Positions 10,408 through 19,868 of a DNA stretch of 64,000 bases are shown here, one piece after another. The stretch covers positions 192,001 to 256,000 of the forward strand of contig CAXXMV010000008.1 of assembly GCA_963662285.2 (NCBI GenBank), given 5' to 3'. Position 1 is the first letter of the stretch; each line of letters begins with the position of its first letter. The DNA is from a bacterium (GTDB lineage: Bacteria; Hinthialibacterota; Hinthialibacteria; Hinthialibacterales; Hinthialibacteraceae). The notes under the pieces are model-generated. The model did no database searches, was not told the origin of the DNA, and saw only the letters and a program-made list of their open reading frames with translations. The position numbers and the translations under genes were made by a program.

Positions 10408-10692
10408 TTATTTCTTCTTGGCTGCTGTTTTCTTCTTGGCTACAGTCTTTTTAGCCGCAGGAGCCTTCTTGGCTACAGCCTTTTTAGCCGCAGGGGCCTT
10501 CTTGGCCGCAGTCTTTTTCGCCGCAGGGGCCTTCTTTACTGCAGCCTTTTTAGCTGCAGGGGCCTTCTTGGCCGCAGTCTTTTTCGCCGCAGGGGCCTTC
10601 TTGGCTACAGTCTTTTTGGCTACGGTTTTTTTAACCACCGCTTTTTTCTTAACTGTAGTTTTCTTATTCGCCGCAGTTTTTTTCACTGCCAT
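10408..10692 (-). CDS. Histone H1-like Lys/Ala-rich nucleoid protein (Hc2/AlgP-like repeats)
   Basis: 94 aa of KKAPAA/KKTAA repeats; GGAGG RBS; tandem 33-nt DNA repeats. Confidence 0.85.
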   Translation of the reverse strand: MAVKKTAANKKTTVKKKAVVKKTVAKKTVAKKAPAAKKTAAKKAPAAKKAAVKKAPAAKKTAAKKAPAAKKAVAKKAPAAKKTVAKKKTAAKKK

Positions 10693-10883
10693 AGATTTTT
10701 ACCTCCTTCCAGGGTAATTAAAATCAGGGATTCTATATTCCCTAGACTTCTTTTATATTACAATTAGTGTAATTATGTCAAGTAAAAAATGCAATTAATC
10801 GAAAAAAAATTTGTAGCACTATACAAGTTTTTTTTTCATTTTGCCAAACAAATTCTTGCGAATGTATTGTAAATAAAGGCTAT

Positions 10884-12923
10884 TTGTGGTTTTTGAGGTT
10901 TCCGATGTATAAAAATTCGTCTATATATAGACTAAGATTTTTTTTAAATTTTTCCATTTTGTTTACAATTTTCCTTGTTCTTTTCTTATTTTTTCTATCT
11001 TCCAAGAGCGCCTCTCCATCTATTCGGCAATGGTTACATCATTTCAAGACGCTCCAACCCCATGCTTCCTGGATTGTTTTCATAAACATGCAGGGCGCTT
11101 TATGTCTTACTATCTTTGCCCTATCGCCGCTGTTGCGTAGTATTAAACTCTATAAACCCATCCGGTTCATTCTTATATTTTCGATCCTCTTCGCATCGAC
11201 TTTTCCTATCGGATATATATGGAAATTCAACTCCCTGTTTTATGAAAAATGGATGTGGTATTGCGTATTATGGTTTATGGGTTCATGCCTCAGCATTTTA
11301 GTCGCAGTATTCATCGCTGTGGATTGTTCAAACTCGCTTAAAAAAATCAGTTCTTGTTTAGAATCATTCTATGCATTCATACATTATAAGTCATGCGCAA
11401 AATCCGATTATTGGTATATCGCTGGTTTAAGTTTATGGGTATTAATTATTACTCTGGCGGTGAATGTATTGCTATTGGGAGGAATTCCTCATATATATGA
11501 TGGTGTGGCGCAATTATTCCAGGCGAAAGTATTCGCTCATGGATATGCAGCTATGCCTGCGCCTGACCAACCGGTTTTCTTTGAGCGAATGTATATCCCT
11601 ATAGAAGCAGGTCGTTGGTACGCCATTTATCCTCCAGGCTATGCTCTAATTTTAGCAATTGGAGTTTTATTACAATGCCCTCAATTGGTAAATCCAATAC
11701 TGTCAGCATTGATTATCCCCTTATTCTTTATCTATGCTCAACGGATTTCTTCACTATACGTCGCCCGTTTGGGATGTTTCTTTTTATCATTCTCTCCATT
11801 CTTTTTATTGATGGGCGGAGGATTTATGAATCATCCCACCTGCCTGTTGCTTCTATTTTTATTTCTCATACTCCTGGAATATTCATCAAGCGCTTCATCA
11901 ACTATTAAAATTACATTTGCAGCGGGATTCTGCGCTGGTTCAGCCTTTATTACGCGGCCTTTAACCGCCCTGTCATTTATCGCCGTAGGCTTGATATGGT
12001 TGGCCATTAAAGGTCGTAAAGACGCCAGGCGCCTTATGAAAACTGTCTTAATGGTCGGTTTGGGAGCATTGCCAGTTTTCTGTTTTTATTTATATTTCAA
12101 CCATCAAACCACCGGCGCCGCTCTTCGCACCGGTTACGTGCACTATTTCGACGCCAACCCAATGGGATTCGGCGACAAACCATGGGGCGAACATCCCCTC
12201 GGTCCACAGATACCCCGCGGCGAACATCATACTCCATTACGCGCTACGGCTAATATATTTTGCAACCTGAATGCGCTCAACTCATATCTATTCGGATGGC
12301 CGGTTCCATCACTGATATTCGCGTTTCTACTCTTTGCGCCGGGACTTCGCCGTACCAGGTCCGACTGGTTCTGCATCAGCGCCATAATAATGGTGCAGAC
12401 CATATATTTCTTCTATTTCTTCCAGGATGACTGCTTTGGACCACGTTTTCTCTATGAAACCATTCCTTTTTGGATCATACTCACCGCCCGGGCCATCGAA
12501 GAAATTCAAAACCGATGGCATAATAAGTTATTGATAAACCAGTCTCAAATACGCAGCCTAATATATATTATCCTTACGGCATATTTTATCATGGCAATAT
12601 GCACATCATGGATTGAACGAAGCGCACAATATGGAGATTCCTATTGGGGAACCAGAGATGAGATTGCGCAGCTGCTGCGCAAGGGAATTCAAGAAGAGAA
12701 CGCCGTTGTTTTCGTTGAAGACCCCAACGACCATATTGCCGTCTTTTCATTCCTTGATCCTAAACTGGATCAAGGTTGGATCATCGCCCATGATTTGGGA
12801 GACGAAAAAAACCGGGAATTATTGGTTCAATATCCTGAATGGCCGATATATCAATTGCGTCTAAAAGAAGATATAGCGACTAATCAGGTGGTTACGGTTC
12901 TGGAAAGAACCGATAGTTTTTAA
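10884..12923 (+). CDS. GT-C fold membrane glycosyltransferase (ArnT/PMT-like)
   Basis: Many TM segments; PHIYD...LFQAKVFA, YPPGY, MNHP, TRPLTA, FGPRFLYE; start may be 10905. Confidence 0.75.
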   Translation: MWFLRFPMYKNSSIYRLRFFLNFSILFTIFLVLFLFFLSSKSASPSIRQWLHHFKTLQPHASWIVFINMQGALCLTIFALSPLLRSIKLYKPIRFILIFSILFASTFPIGYIWKFNSLFYEKWMWYCVLWFMGSCLSILVAVFIAVDCSNSLKKISSCLESFYAFIHYKSCAKSDYWYIAGLSLWVLIITLAVNVLLLGGIPHIYDGVAQLFQAKVFAHGYAAMPAPDQPVFFERMYIPIEAGRWYAIYPPGYALILAIGVLLQCPQLVNPILSALIIPLFFIYAQRISSLYVARLGCFFLSFSPFFLLMGGGFMNHPTCLLLLFLFLILLEYSSSASSTIKITFAAGFCAGSAFITRPLTALSFIAVGLIWLAIKGRKDARRLMKTVLMVGLGALPVFCFYLYFNHQTTGAALRTGYVHYFDANPMGFGDKPWGEHPLGPQIPRGEHHTPLRATANIFCNLNALNSYLFGWPVPSLIFAFLLFAPGLRRTRSDWFCISAIIMVQTIYFFYFFQDDCFGPRFLYETIPFWIILTARAIEEIQNRWHNKLLINQSQIRSLIYIILTAYFIMAICTSWIERSAQYGDSYWGTRDEIAQLLRKGIQEENAVVFVEDPNDHIAVFSFLDPKLDQGWIIAHDLGDEKNRELLVQYPEWPIYQLRLKEDIATNQVVTVLERTDSF

Positions 12924-13066
12924 TAGGATTATGATTTAGATGCATCAATTTTTTGATACCCCCCCTCACCCTAGCCCTTCACCCGGTAGGAGAGGGGACT
13001 TGGTAAAACGAACATAATAAACGAACTTTTTTTACAATTGATCTAATAATAAAAGGATAATCTCGA

Positions 13067-14350
13067 ATGGCGAAATTCATGGTTGAAGGCGGGCATCCCA
13101 TAAGTGGTAAAATCCAACCGTCGGGCAATAAAAACGAAGCTCTCCCAGTGCTAGCTGCTGCGCTGTTGACCGATAAAAAAGTAAATTTCAGTAATGTTCC
13201 CGGCATTGGTGATGTAGCCAGTCTTCTGGAACTTATCGCCGCATGCGGCGCAACGATTCAAGAAACCAATTCACATCAACTATCCATCAAAGCTAATAAT
13301 TTAGAGGCATCCAAACTGCCGGCCAACCTGTGCAAAAAGATTCGCGCTTCCATGCTGTTGATTGCGCCATTACTGATTAGATGCGGACATGCGGAAATTC
13401 CCTTCCCCGGCGGCGACCGCATTGGACGGCGGCGGGTGGATACTCATTTGCTGGGATTAAAAGAGTTAGGCGCTGAATTTGAATTAACCGATAACTCGTA
13501 CAAGGTATGGTGCGATAAACGCTTGCAAGGCGCTGATATTCTGCTTGATGAAGCCAGCGTTACGGCGACGGAAAACCTGGTTATGGCGGCGGTTATGGCT
13601 AAAGGCGAGACCATTCTACGCAATGCCGCTTCTGAGCCTCATGTTCAACAATTATGCGCCTTCCTCAATCATTTAGGCGCTAAAATAGAAGGCATCGGCT
13701 CCAATGTATTGACAATCCAGGGAGTCGATTCTCTAAACGGGGGAAAACACCGCATCGCCGCCGATTATCTCGAAGTAGGAAGTTTTATCGGGCTGGCGGC
13801 CATTACCGGAGGAGAACTTTTAATTGAGAACGCTTCTCCTGATTACCTGCGCATGGTGCTTCATCAATATCAACGCCTGGGAGTTAACGTGGAAATTCGC
13901 GGCAACGATATTTTCGTACCCCAAAACCAGGAATTACGCATTCATGCAGACTTGCAGGCTACACAAGTGAAAATCGACGATGGTCCGTGGCCCGCTTTCC
14001 CGGCCGATCTGATGAGTATTGCGGTGGTCATGGCCACCCAAACTCAGGGCACGGTTATGATTTTTGAGAAGATGTTTGAAAGCCGTCTTTTCTTTGTTGA
14101 CCGCTTGATATCGATGGGCGCCAACATCATTCTGTGCGACCCGCACCGGGCGGTGATCGTGGGTCCAACACCCTTGCGGCGTCAGGTTATGAGCAGCCCG
14201 GACATTCGCGCCGGCATGGCGCTGCTTATGGCAGCCCTATGCGCCGAAGGAACCAGTGAAATACAAAATATCGAACAGATTGACCGTGGTTATGAGCGAC
14301 TAGATGAACGTCTAGCCGATCTCGGCGCTAAAATTAAACGCAAACGATAA
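13067..14350 (+). CDS. murA: UDP-N-acetylglucosamine 1-carboxyvinyltransferase
   Basis: [46 protein letters not shown]. Confidence 0.95.
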   Translation: MAKFMVEGGHPISGKIQPSGNKNEALPVLAAALLTDKKVNFSNVPGIGDVASLLELIAACGATIQETNSHQLSIKANNLEASKLPANLCKKIRASMLLIAPLLIRCGHAEIPFPGGDRIGRRRVDTHLLGLKELGAEFELTDNSYKVWCDKRLQGADILLDEASVTATENLVMAAVMAKGETILRNAASEPHVQQLCAFLNHLGAKIEGIGSNVLTIQGVDSLNGGKHRIAADYLEVGSFIGLAAITGGELLIENASPDYLRMVLHQYQRLGVNVEIRGNDIFVPQNQELRIHADLQATQVKIDDGPWPAFPADLMSIAVVMATQTQGTVMIFEKMFESRLFFVDRLISMGANIILCDPHRAVIVGPTPLRRQVMSSPDIRAGMALLMAALCAEGTSEIQNIEQIDRGYERLDERLADLGAKIKRKR

Positions 14351-14546
14351 TCAACTTGTAGATCACTTTATTTGATGATTCGAGCTGGATACTTATATTT
14401 TGCAGGATATAGATTTTCTAATGCAATTATTATGATATAATACATATTGATAATAAATCTGAGCATGATCATTACATAAATTAGTGATTCTGGATATTTC
14501 AAAGGAGAAACCAAAATTCTTATTAGTAGAATGCTGGTCATAGAAA

Positions 14547-15740
14547 ATGCAATTAAAAGATACCTTACCAGGAAATACTGAGAACATATCAACATTTTTC
14601 GCTCCAGCGGAAAGACTGGATGATGAACGTATTCAACTGCAAATTAGTAATATTAATCAAAATGCGATTTTTGATTCGCTTATAAAAACATTTGGATGCG
14701 TTGTATGCATATTGAACAGTAAACGCCAAATATTGGCGGTTAATGATAATTTGTTGCAATTATTAGGTCTACCTAGCGCAAAGAATATACTTGGTTTGAG
14801 ACCGGGAGAAGCTTTGCAGTGCGTCCATTCTGAAGATCATCCTGGTGGTTGCGGGACTAGTAAATATTGCAGTACTTGCGGGGCGGCTATTGCGATTGTA
14901 GCAACTCAAAAAAACAAAGCTCCCCAGGAACGTGAATGTTTGTTGAACATTACAGAAGACAATATTGCTATTGAAATGAAAGTGCGGGCTGAAACATTAG
15001 AGGTTTGCGGTGAAGAGTTGGTGTTGTTAATGCTTATCGATATCCGGGATGAAAAACGACGGGAATCTCTGGAACGGGCTTTTTTTCATGACTTGAATAA
15101 TGTATTAAGCGGTTTACTTTTATCAACTAAACTTTTAGAAGAAAACATTTCCAATAATCCTCAAGAACAATTGGATTCAATCACGACGTATGTTAATCGA
15201 TTAGTCAATGAGGTGCGTTGTCAGCAGTTCTTGAGTAATTCTGAAGAATACATGCCTCAAATTGAATTTGCATATTATAAAGTTTCTTCAATCATAAATG
15301 AAGTTAAACTCATTTTTCTGCAATACGTAAAATCCCGTAAAGAGATACTTACTATTCGCGATTTGAAAAAAGACATCCGTATCCAGACCGACAATACGCT
15401 TATTCAAAAAGTTTTTATGAATATGATAAAAAATGCTTTAGAAGCATCCAATTACAAGAATAAAGTCTATTTCTGGTGTGATATTGGAGAGGATTCAGTT
15501 ACTTGGAATGTACAAAACCAAGAGGTTATTCCAGAAAAGGTAGCATTACAGATATTTCAACGGTATTTTTCAACAAAAAAGCAAAAAGGGCATGGTCTGG
15601 GAACCCATAGTATGAAACTTTTTGGAGAAAAATACCTTGGAGGCAAAGTCTCCTTCACCAGTATTGAAGGTCAAGGGACCATCTTCTCATTTAATCATCC
15701 AATAAAAGTCAATAGCGAGATTATGAATCAATTTAGATAA
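14547..15740 (+). CDS. Cytoplasmic sensor histidine kinase with Cys-rich PAS-like input domain
   Basis: RPGEALQC..GCGTSKYCSTCG; FFHD H-box; NMIKNALEA; FSTK..GHGLG. Confidence 0.9.
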   Translation: MQLKDTLPGNTENISTFFAPAERLDDERIQLQISNINQNAIFDSLIKTFGCVVCILNSKRQILAVNDNLLQLLGLPSAKNILGLRPGEALQCVHSEDHPGGCGTSKYCSTCGAAIAIVATQKNKAPQERECLLNITEDNIAIEMKVRAETLEVCGEELVLLMLIDIRDEKRRESLERAFFHDLNNVLSGLLLSTKLLEENISNNPQEQLDSITTYVNRLVNEVRCQQFLSNSEEYMPQIEFAYYKVSSIINEVKLIFLQYVKSRKEILTIRDLKKDIRIQTDNTLIQKVFMNMIKNALEASNYKNKVYFWCDIGEDSVTWNVQNQEVIPEKVALQIFQRYFSTKKQKGHGLGTHSMKLFGEKYLGGKVSFTSIEGQGTIFSFNHPIKVNSEIMNQFR

Positions 15741-15974
15741 TGACGAAGCGGTAAAAAGTCAAAACTTGTTTTTATAATCATAATAATTGGTAGATTTGTA
15801 AGTGTTTTGTATACAAGAGAATGTGTGAGTTTCGTCTTTCATCCACTTTTTGTCGACTCTTCGGGTAATAGGCGTATATAGAAAGTATTTAATACGCGTT
15901 GGAAACTAAATCGAATTATCCAACCACTTCATCTTGATCGTAAATTTATACCGGACAGCCATTAAAATTCAACC

Positions 15975-17852
15975 ATGACCAATCTTCTCTTAGGACTCTG
16001 GCAATTCTTTTGGGCTTGGGGCTTTGGTTTCTTCCTGGCTAAACGTTTAAGAGGAAAACTGCCCTATGGCTACTATGTAGCAATATCTTTCGCTTTGGGA
16101 GAGACTTGCCTGACTTACGTCTATTTCGCGCTGGGTATGGCGGGCGGTCTGCGCTTATCGGTGCTTTTACCTCTCTCCATAATACTTACCGCTCTTTCAT
16201 TACTTTCCTGGAACCATGAAGGCGTGGATCTTGCGCAAAAAATCTTTGAACATCTACGAAAATCACCTGGATCAGCCGTTGTTGCAGCTATTATTCTAAT
16301 TATCTATTTTCTGGCCGCCTGCGTTCCTGAGCGCGAGGTTGATTCGCTTTGGTACCACCTGGCCGTACCGCTGCATTACATAACTCATGGCGGCTATATC
16401 CAGCTGGTTCCATTCAATATGCCATCTCATTACCCCATGAACGCCCACTTGCATTACTGTTTTTCTCTTTTAGTGGGCAACGACACAACAGCTAAAATTT
16501 TCAATTATTGCCATTTCTTCCCGCTATTAATACTGATCGGCGCCGTAACTAAGAGATATGCATCCGCCAAATGGAGTTTATTTGCGGTTGCGCTGTATCT
16601 GTGCAGCCTACATTTCCGCCTGCCCATGATGGTAAATGTGCAACGCGCGGTCTATTTCTACGTTTTTCTATCCTCCGCCCTGCTCTGGTATTCACTGGAG
16701 CGTGGACGCTGGAATTTGACTCTTCTGGCGGCGGTATTCTGCGGCATGAGTATGGGAACCAAATTTAACGGGCTGCTGTTTGGATTTGCGCCCCAATTAC
16801 TTTTTATGTCCCTACGTATGATTTTATGGAAACGCAAAGCATGGAGAAAGGAGACGCGGCGTATATGCGTATATTCTCTGATTGCGCTGGCCATGATGAG
16901 CCCCTGGATGATCAAATCCTATGTCTTCACTGGTAATCCACTATACCCCATGCTGGAAGAGGTCTTCCCCACTGATCCAGAGTTCATCCCGGCTATGAAA
17001 TCCAACGCCAACAATCATGGCATAAACCTATTTAAATCCAAAACCACCACCGAATTCTTTGGCCAGATAGGAGTAAACCTGCGCTGGCTGATATACAACG
17101 CCTATCTGCTCTTCTTTTTAGGTTTATTCTCGCTCTTTATCCTTTTATTTATCAGAAAAAAACGTTGGGGATATCCCGTAACTGCGACCCTGTTGGCTTA
17201 TGGATTCTTTCCCTTGCTGTGGGGTTCAGACATAGCGCGGTTGTTTGGCGTGAACAACGGCTTGGTCGTACTATGCATCACCCTGGTCGTGTCATGGCTC
17301 GTCCCGCGTATAAACCGGGGGCATTGGTTGGTAGGCATTATCCTGTTCAGCCTGTTTTTTACCTTTATCAAAGAACGCTATTATTTTCTCAGCAGCCCGA
17401 ACATCCGCTGGTATGGCGCCACGGCGCTCAGCGAACCAGCCCGGCGCGAGTGGATTCTGGAAAGACGCATCTTCTCAGACAAACTCTTCCGCATGAAGCA
17501 ATGGTTAGAACAAAACGCCGACCCAAACGATGAACTCTATGGCTACCGCACTGGATACCTGTTTTATCTGGATAGAAAATACATCGTCAGCGGCGCCCAT
17601 TTTAAGGAGCAGATCGACATCTGGCTGCATCAAGGCGCTGATTATACCGCCCAAAAACTGCATCAACTGGACGTCAAATGGTTTCTAACCAATCGCGACA
17701 ACTGGCAATACCAGAACGATAAGATCACACAGAACTGGCAGGAATTCATGCATCGATATCTGGAACCAGTACGTCATGAGGGTGAGATTCATTTATACCG
17801 TTTGTTATATAATGATGACGCCATGACCTATCCCGAAGGGAGAGAGGATTAG
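15975..17852 (+). CDS. GT-C fold membrane glycosyltransferase-like protein
   Basis: DSLWYHLAVP, GTKFNG, PWMIKSYVFTGNPLYP; multiple TM helices. Confidence 0.75.
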   Translation: MTNLLLGLWQFFWAWGFGFFLAKRLRGKLPYGYYVAISFALGETCLTYVYFALGMAGGLRLSVLLPLSIILTALSLLSWNHEGVDLAQKIFEHLRKSPGSAVVAAIILIIYFLAACVPEREVDSLWYHLAVPLHYITHGGYIQLVPFNMPSHYPMNAHLHYCFSLLVGNDTTAKIFNYCHFFPLLILIGAVTKRYASAKWSLFAVALYLCSLHFRLPMMVNVQRAVYFYVFLSSALLWYSLERGRWNLTLLAAVFCGMSMGTKFNGLLFGFAPQLLFMSLRMILWKRKAWRKETRRICVYSLIALAMMSPWMIKSYVFTGNPLYPMLEEVFPTDPEFIPAMKSNANNHGINLFKSKTTTEFFGQIGVNLRWLIYNAYLLFFLGLFSLFILLFIRKKRWGYPVTATLLAYGFFPLLWGSDIARLFGVNNGLVVLCITLVVSWLVPRINRGHWLVGIILFSLFFTFIKERYYFLSSPNIRWYGATALSEPARREWILERRIFSDKLFRMKQWLEQNADPNDELYGYRTGYLFYLDRKYIVSGAHFKEQIDIWLHQGADYTAQKLHQLDVKWFLTNRDNWQYQNDKITQNWQEFMHRYLEPVRHEGEIHLYRLLYNDDAMTYPEGRED

Positions 17853-17869
17853 ATTTTCAGAGTGTTTTT

Positions 17870-18021
17870 TGTCTGAATCAGGATAGCCAGGATGAAAGGA
17901 TGCTCATGATGGTTCATTCTATAATCAATAAGTTCATAATCAGAATAACCTACAGGAAACAAAATGTTTTTTATGTCAAATCCTGAGCATCCGGAAAATC
18001 CTGAGTATCCGGATTCAGACA
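17870..18021. mobile_element. Repeat family B, 152-bp MITE-like element
   Basis: TIR TGTCTGAATC/GATTCAGACA; same length as and alignable with 53774-53925. Confidence 0.8.
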
Positions 18022-18164
18022 AGAAGAATCGCAAATATCCCATTTAAGGATATAATGTAAATCATCCCATAATTCCTGTTTTTTCTCTCTCTTCTTCCCA
18101 AAATCCATTGAATCCTGTATTGTCATATCAAGAAATATTCATTTTATAAGAGAGGGTATGGAAT

Positions 18165-19322
18165 ATGAAAATCAGCAAATCATTTAGCATGGCAAGCCTT
18201 CTTCTGGTGGTTGCGTTTTTCTCATCATCCGCAATGGCGCAGGAAGACTGGATTGAATTATTCAATGGAAAAGACCTTAATGGATGGAGTTACGTCCACG
18301 ATGTAGATTTCGATGTTCATGACGGCAACCTGCGCCTTATCAAAGGCATGGGCTGGCTGCGCAGCGATCAACTGTATGATGATTTCATCATGGAATTCGA
18401 ATGCAAAGCGCTGGTTGAAAATTATGACAGCGGTTTCTTCTTCCGCTCCAGCATAACCGGCAAACCCTGGCCTGACGCTGGCTTCCAAGTCAATCTCAAA
18501 ACCGATGCCATGGCTTACCTGGTTCGCGGTTATCGCGCAATGCTGAAAACTGAGTTGGAAACGATTCCCGTAGGAGAGTGGATGAAATTCCACCTGGAAT
18601 CCAAAGGCGAGGAAGCACGATTGGAATTAAACGGTAAAGAGATTTGGGAAGCGGATTTCATTGAACCGGAAATCGGCCTTATCGGCATCCAGGCCGAAAA
18701 CCGCGCCTTTGAATTCAGAAACATGCGCCTGCAAGAGATTGGCTATACCAATCTGTTAGTCGGCCAAGGCAATGACCTGAAGCATCTAACCGTACAAGCA
18801 GGTGAAAAAGACGCCTGGTCGCTCAAAGACGGCGTTTTGACCTGCAAAGGCAAGCAAGGCGGCTGGATCAGAACCAAGTCTGATGATTACGGCGACTTTA
18901 TCCTTAAACTTGATTTCATGGTTCCCAAAGAAGGCAACAGCGGCGTCTATATCCGCACTCCGAAAGAAGGCGACGGCGCCTACACGGGCATGGAAATTCA
19001 GATACTTGATGATGACGCCAAACATTGGGGCGAATTGCAGGCCTGGCAAAAAACCGGCTCTATTTATCATGAAGTGGCGCCGTCAGTCCGCGCGACCAAA
19101 CAAGCCGGCGATTGGCAGAGCATGATGATCAAAGCTGAGAAAAGCCAAATTACGATTTACGTCAATGGCGTACAGATAGTTGACGCTGATCTTGATGAAT
19201 ATGTTAAATCAAGCACTGATAGCAAAGCCTTGAAAGATCGCCCCCGAACGGGATATATCGGCTTTCAGAATTACGACGGCAACATCCAATACCGTAATGT
19301 TCGCGTGAAACGACTGAAATAA
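18165..19322 (+). CDS. Secreted tandem DUF1080 (3-keto-disaccharide hydrolase-like) protein
   Basis: Signal peptide; LFNGKDLNGW, DSG/NSG, EIQILDD, GYIGFQ; two domains. Confidence 0.9.
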   Translation: MKISKSFSMASLLLVVAFFSSSAMAQEDWIELFNGKDLNGWSYVHDVDFDVHDGNLRLIKGMGWLRSDQLYDDFIMEFECKALVENYDSGFFFRSSITGKPWPDAGFQVNLKTDAMAYLVRGYRAMLKTELETIPVGEWMKFHLESKGEEARLELNGKEIWEADFIEPEIGLIGIQAENRAFEFRNMRLQEIGYTNLLVGQGNDLKHLTVQAGEKDAWSLKDGVLTCKGKQGGWIRTKSDDYGDFILKLDFMVPKEGNSGVYIRTPKEGDGAYTGMEIQILDDDAKHWGELQAWQKTGSIYHEVAPSVRATKQAGDWQSMMIKAEKSQITIYVNGVQIVDADLDEYVKSSTDSKALKDRPRTGYIGFQNYDGNIQYRNVRVKRLK

Positions 19323-19344
19323 GTTGTATCGAGATATAACTATT

Positions 19345-19377
19345 AACGGGGTGGATCATAGTGATCCACCCCGTTTT
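19345..19377 (+). terminator. Intrinsic terminator
   Basis: AACGGGGTGGATCA-tag-TGATCCACCCCGTT followed by TT. Confidence 0.8.
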
Positions 19378-19420
19378 GGTTGTGCTTATAATGACTTTTG
19401 TCCTCTGCTAAGGTAATCGT

Positions 19421-19575
19421 TATCAACCCTCTCCTAACCTCTCCCAATCTTGGGAGAGGAATGTAATTCCAAGGTTTTTTATATAACTAAGTAAAACAAT
19501 ATAAGATAGTTATCTTTCAAAATCCCTCTCCCTCAATTTGTGGGAGAATTCAAGAGGGGGTTGTTTTCAAACCCT
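19421..19575. mobile_element. Repeat family C element
   Basis: TATCAACCCTCTCCTAACCTCTCCCAATCTTGGGAGAGG ... GAATTCAAGAGGGGGTTGTTTT. Confidence 0.75.
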
Positions 19576-19588
19576 TATTTCATGCAAG

Positions 19589-19840
19589 TCATTCCGTAGC
19601 TTCGTTTTGTGGATTGGATATTGATTTGGCGATTTTCACCGCCTCATCAGCATCTTTCTCAAGAACTAGAAAACGTGAATATCCTTCGGCTGGTTCAGAA
19701 GCTTGTTGGAACGATAAGGCATGAATTTTCTGAATAAAATAATCAATGCCAGCATCATCAAAAGCATTAGCGATCAAATTTTCATGAACGTAATCCTCGG
19801 CGAAGCCAATAGGTATCATGTTTTCCTGCTCGCGATTCAT
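19589..19840 (-). CDS. Small DUF2007-like protein
   Basis: LIANAFDDAGIDYFI...FLVLEKDADEA; start moved to MNREQ (AGGAG RBS). Confidence 0.6.
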   Translation of the reverse strand: MNREQENMIPIGFAEDYVHENLIANAFDDAGIDYFIQKIHALSFQQASEPAEGYSRFLVLEKDADEAVKIAKSISNPQNEATE

Positions 19841-19868
19841 TATTGATTCTCCTAAAGTTTGAACAACT

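Noticed and set aside
10440-10620. Tandem ~33-nt repeats as a possible CRISPR array
   Set aside because: Coding repeats without unique spacers; no cas genes
10418-10717. 99-aa hydrophobic ORF on the + strand (MAAVFFLATVFL...)
   Set aside because: Antisense shadow of the Lys/Ala repeat gene, which has the RBS
17849-18043. 64-aa ORF MGYLRFFLSESGYSGFSG...
   Set aside because: Translation of the family B repeat, not a credible gene
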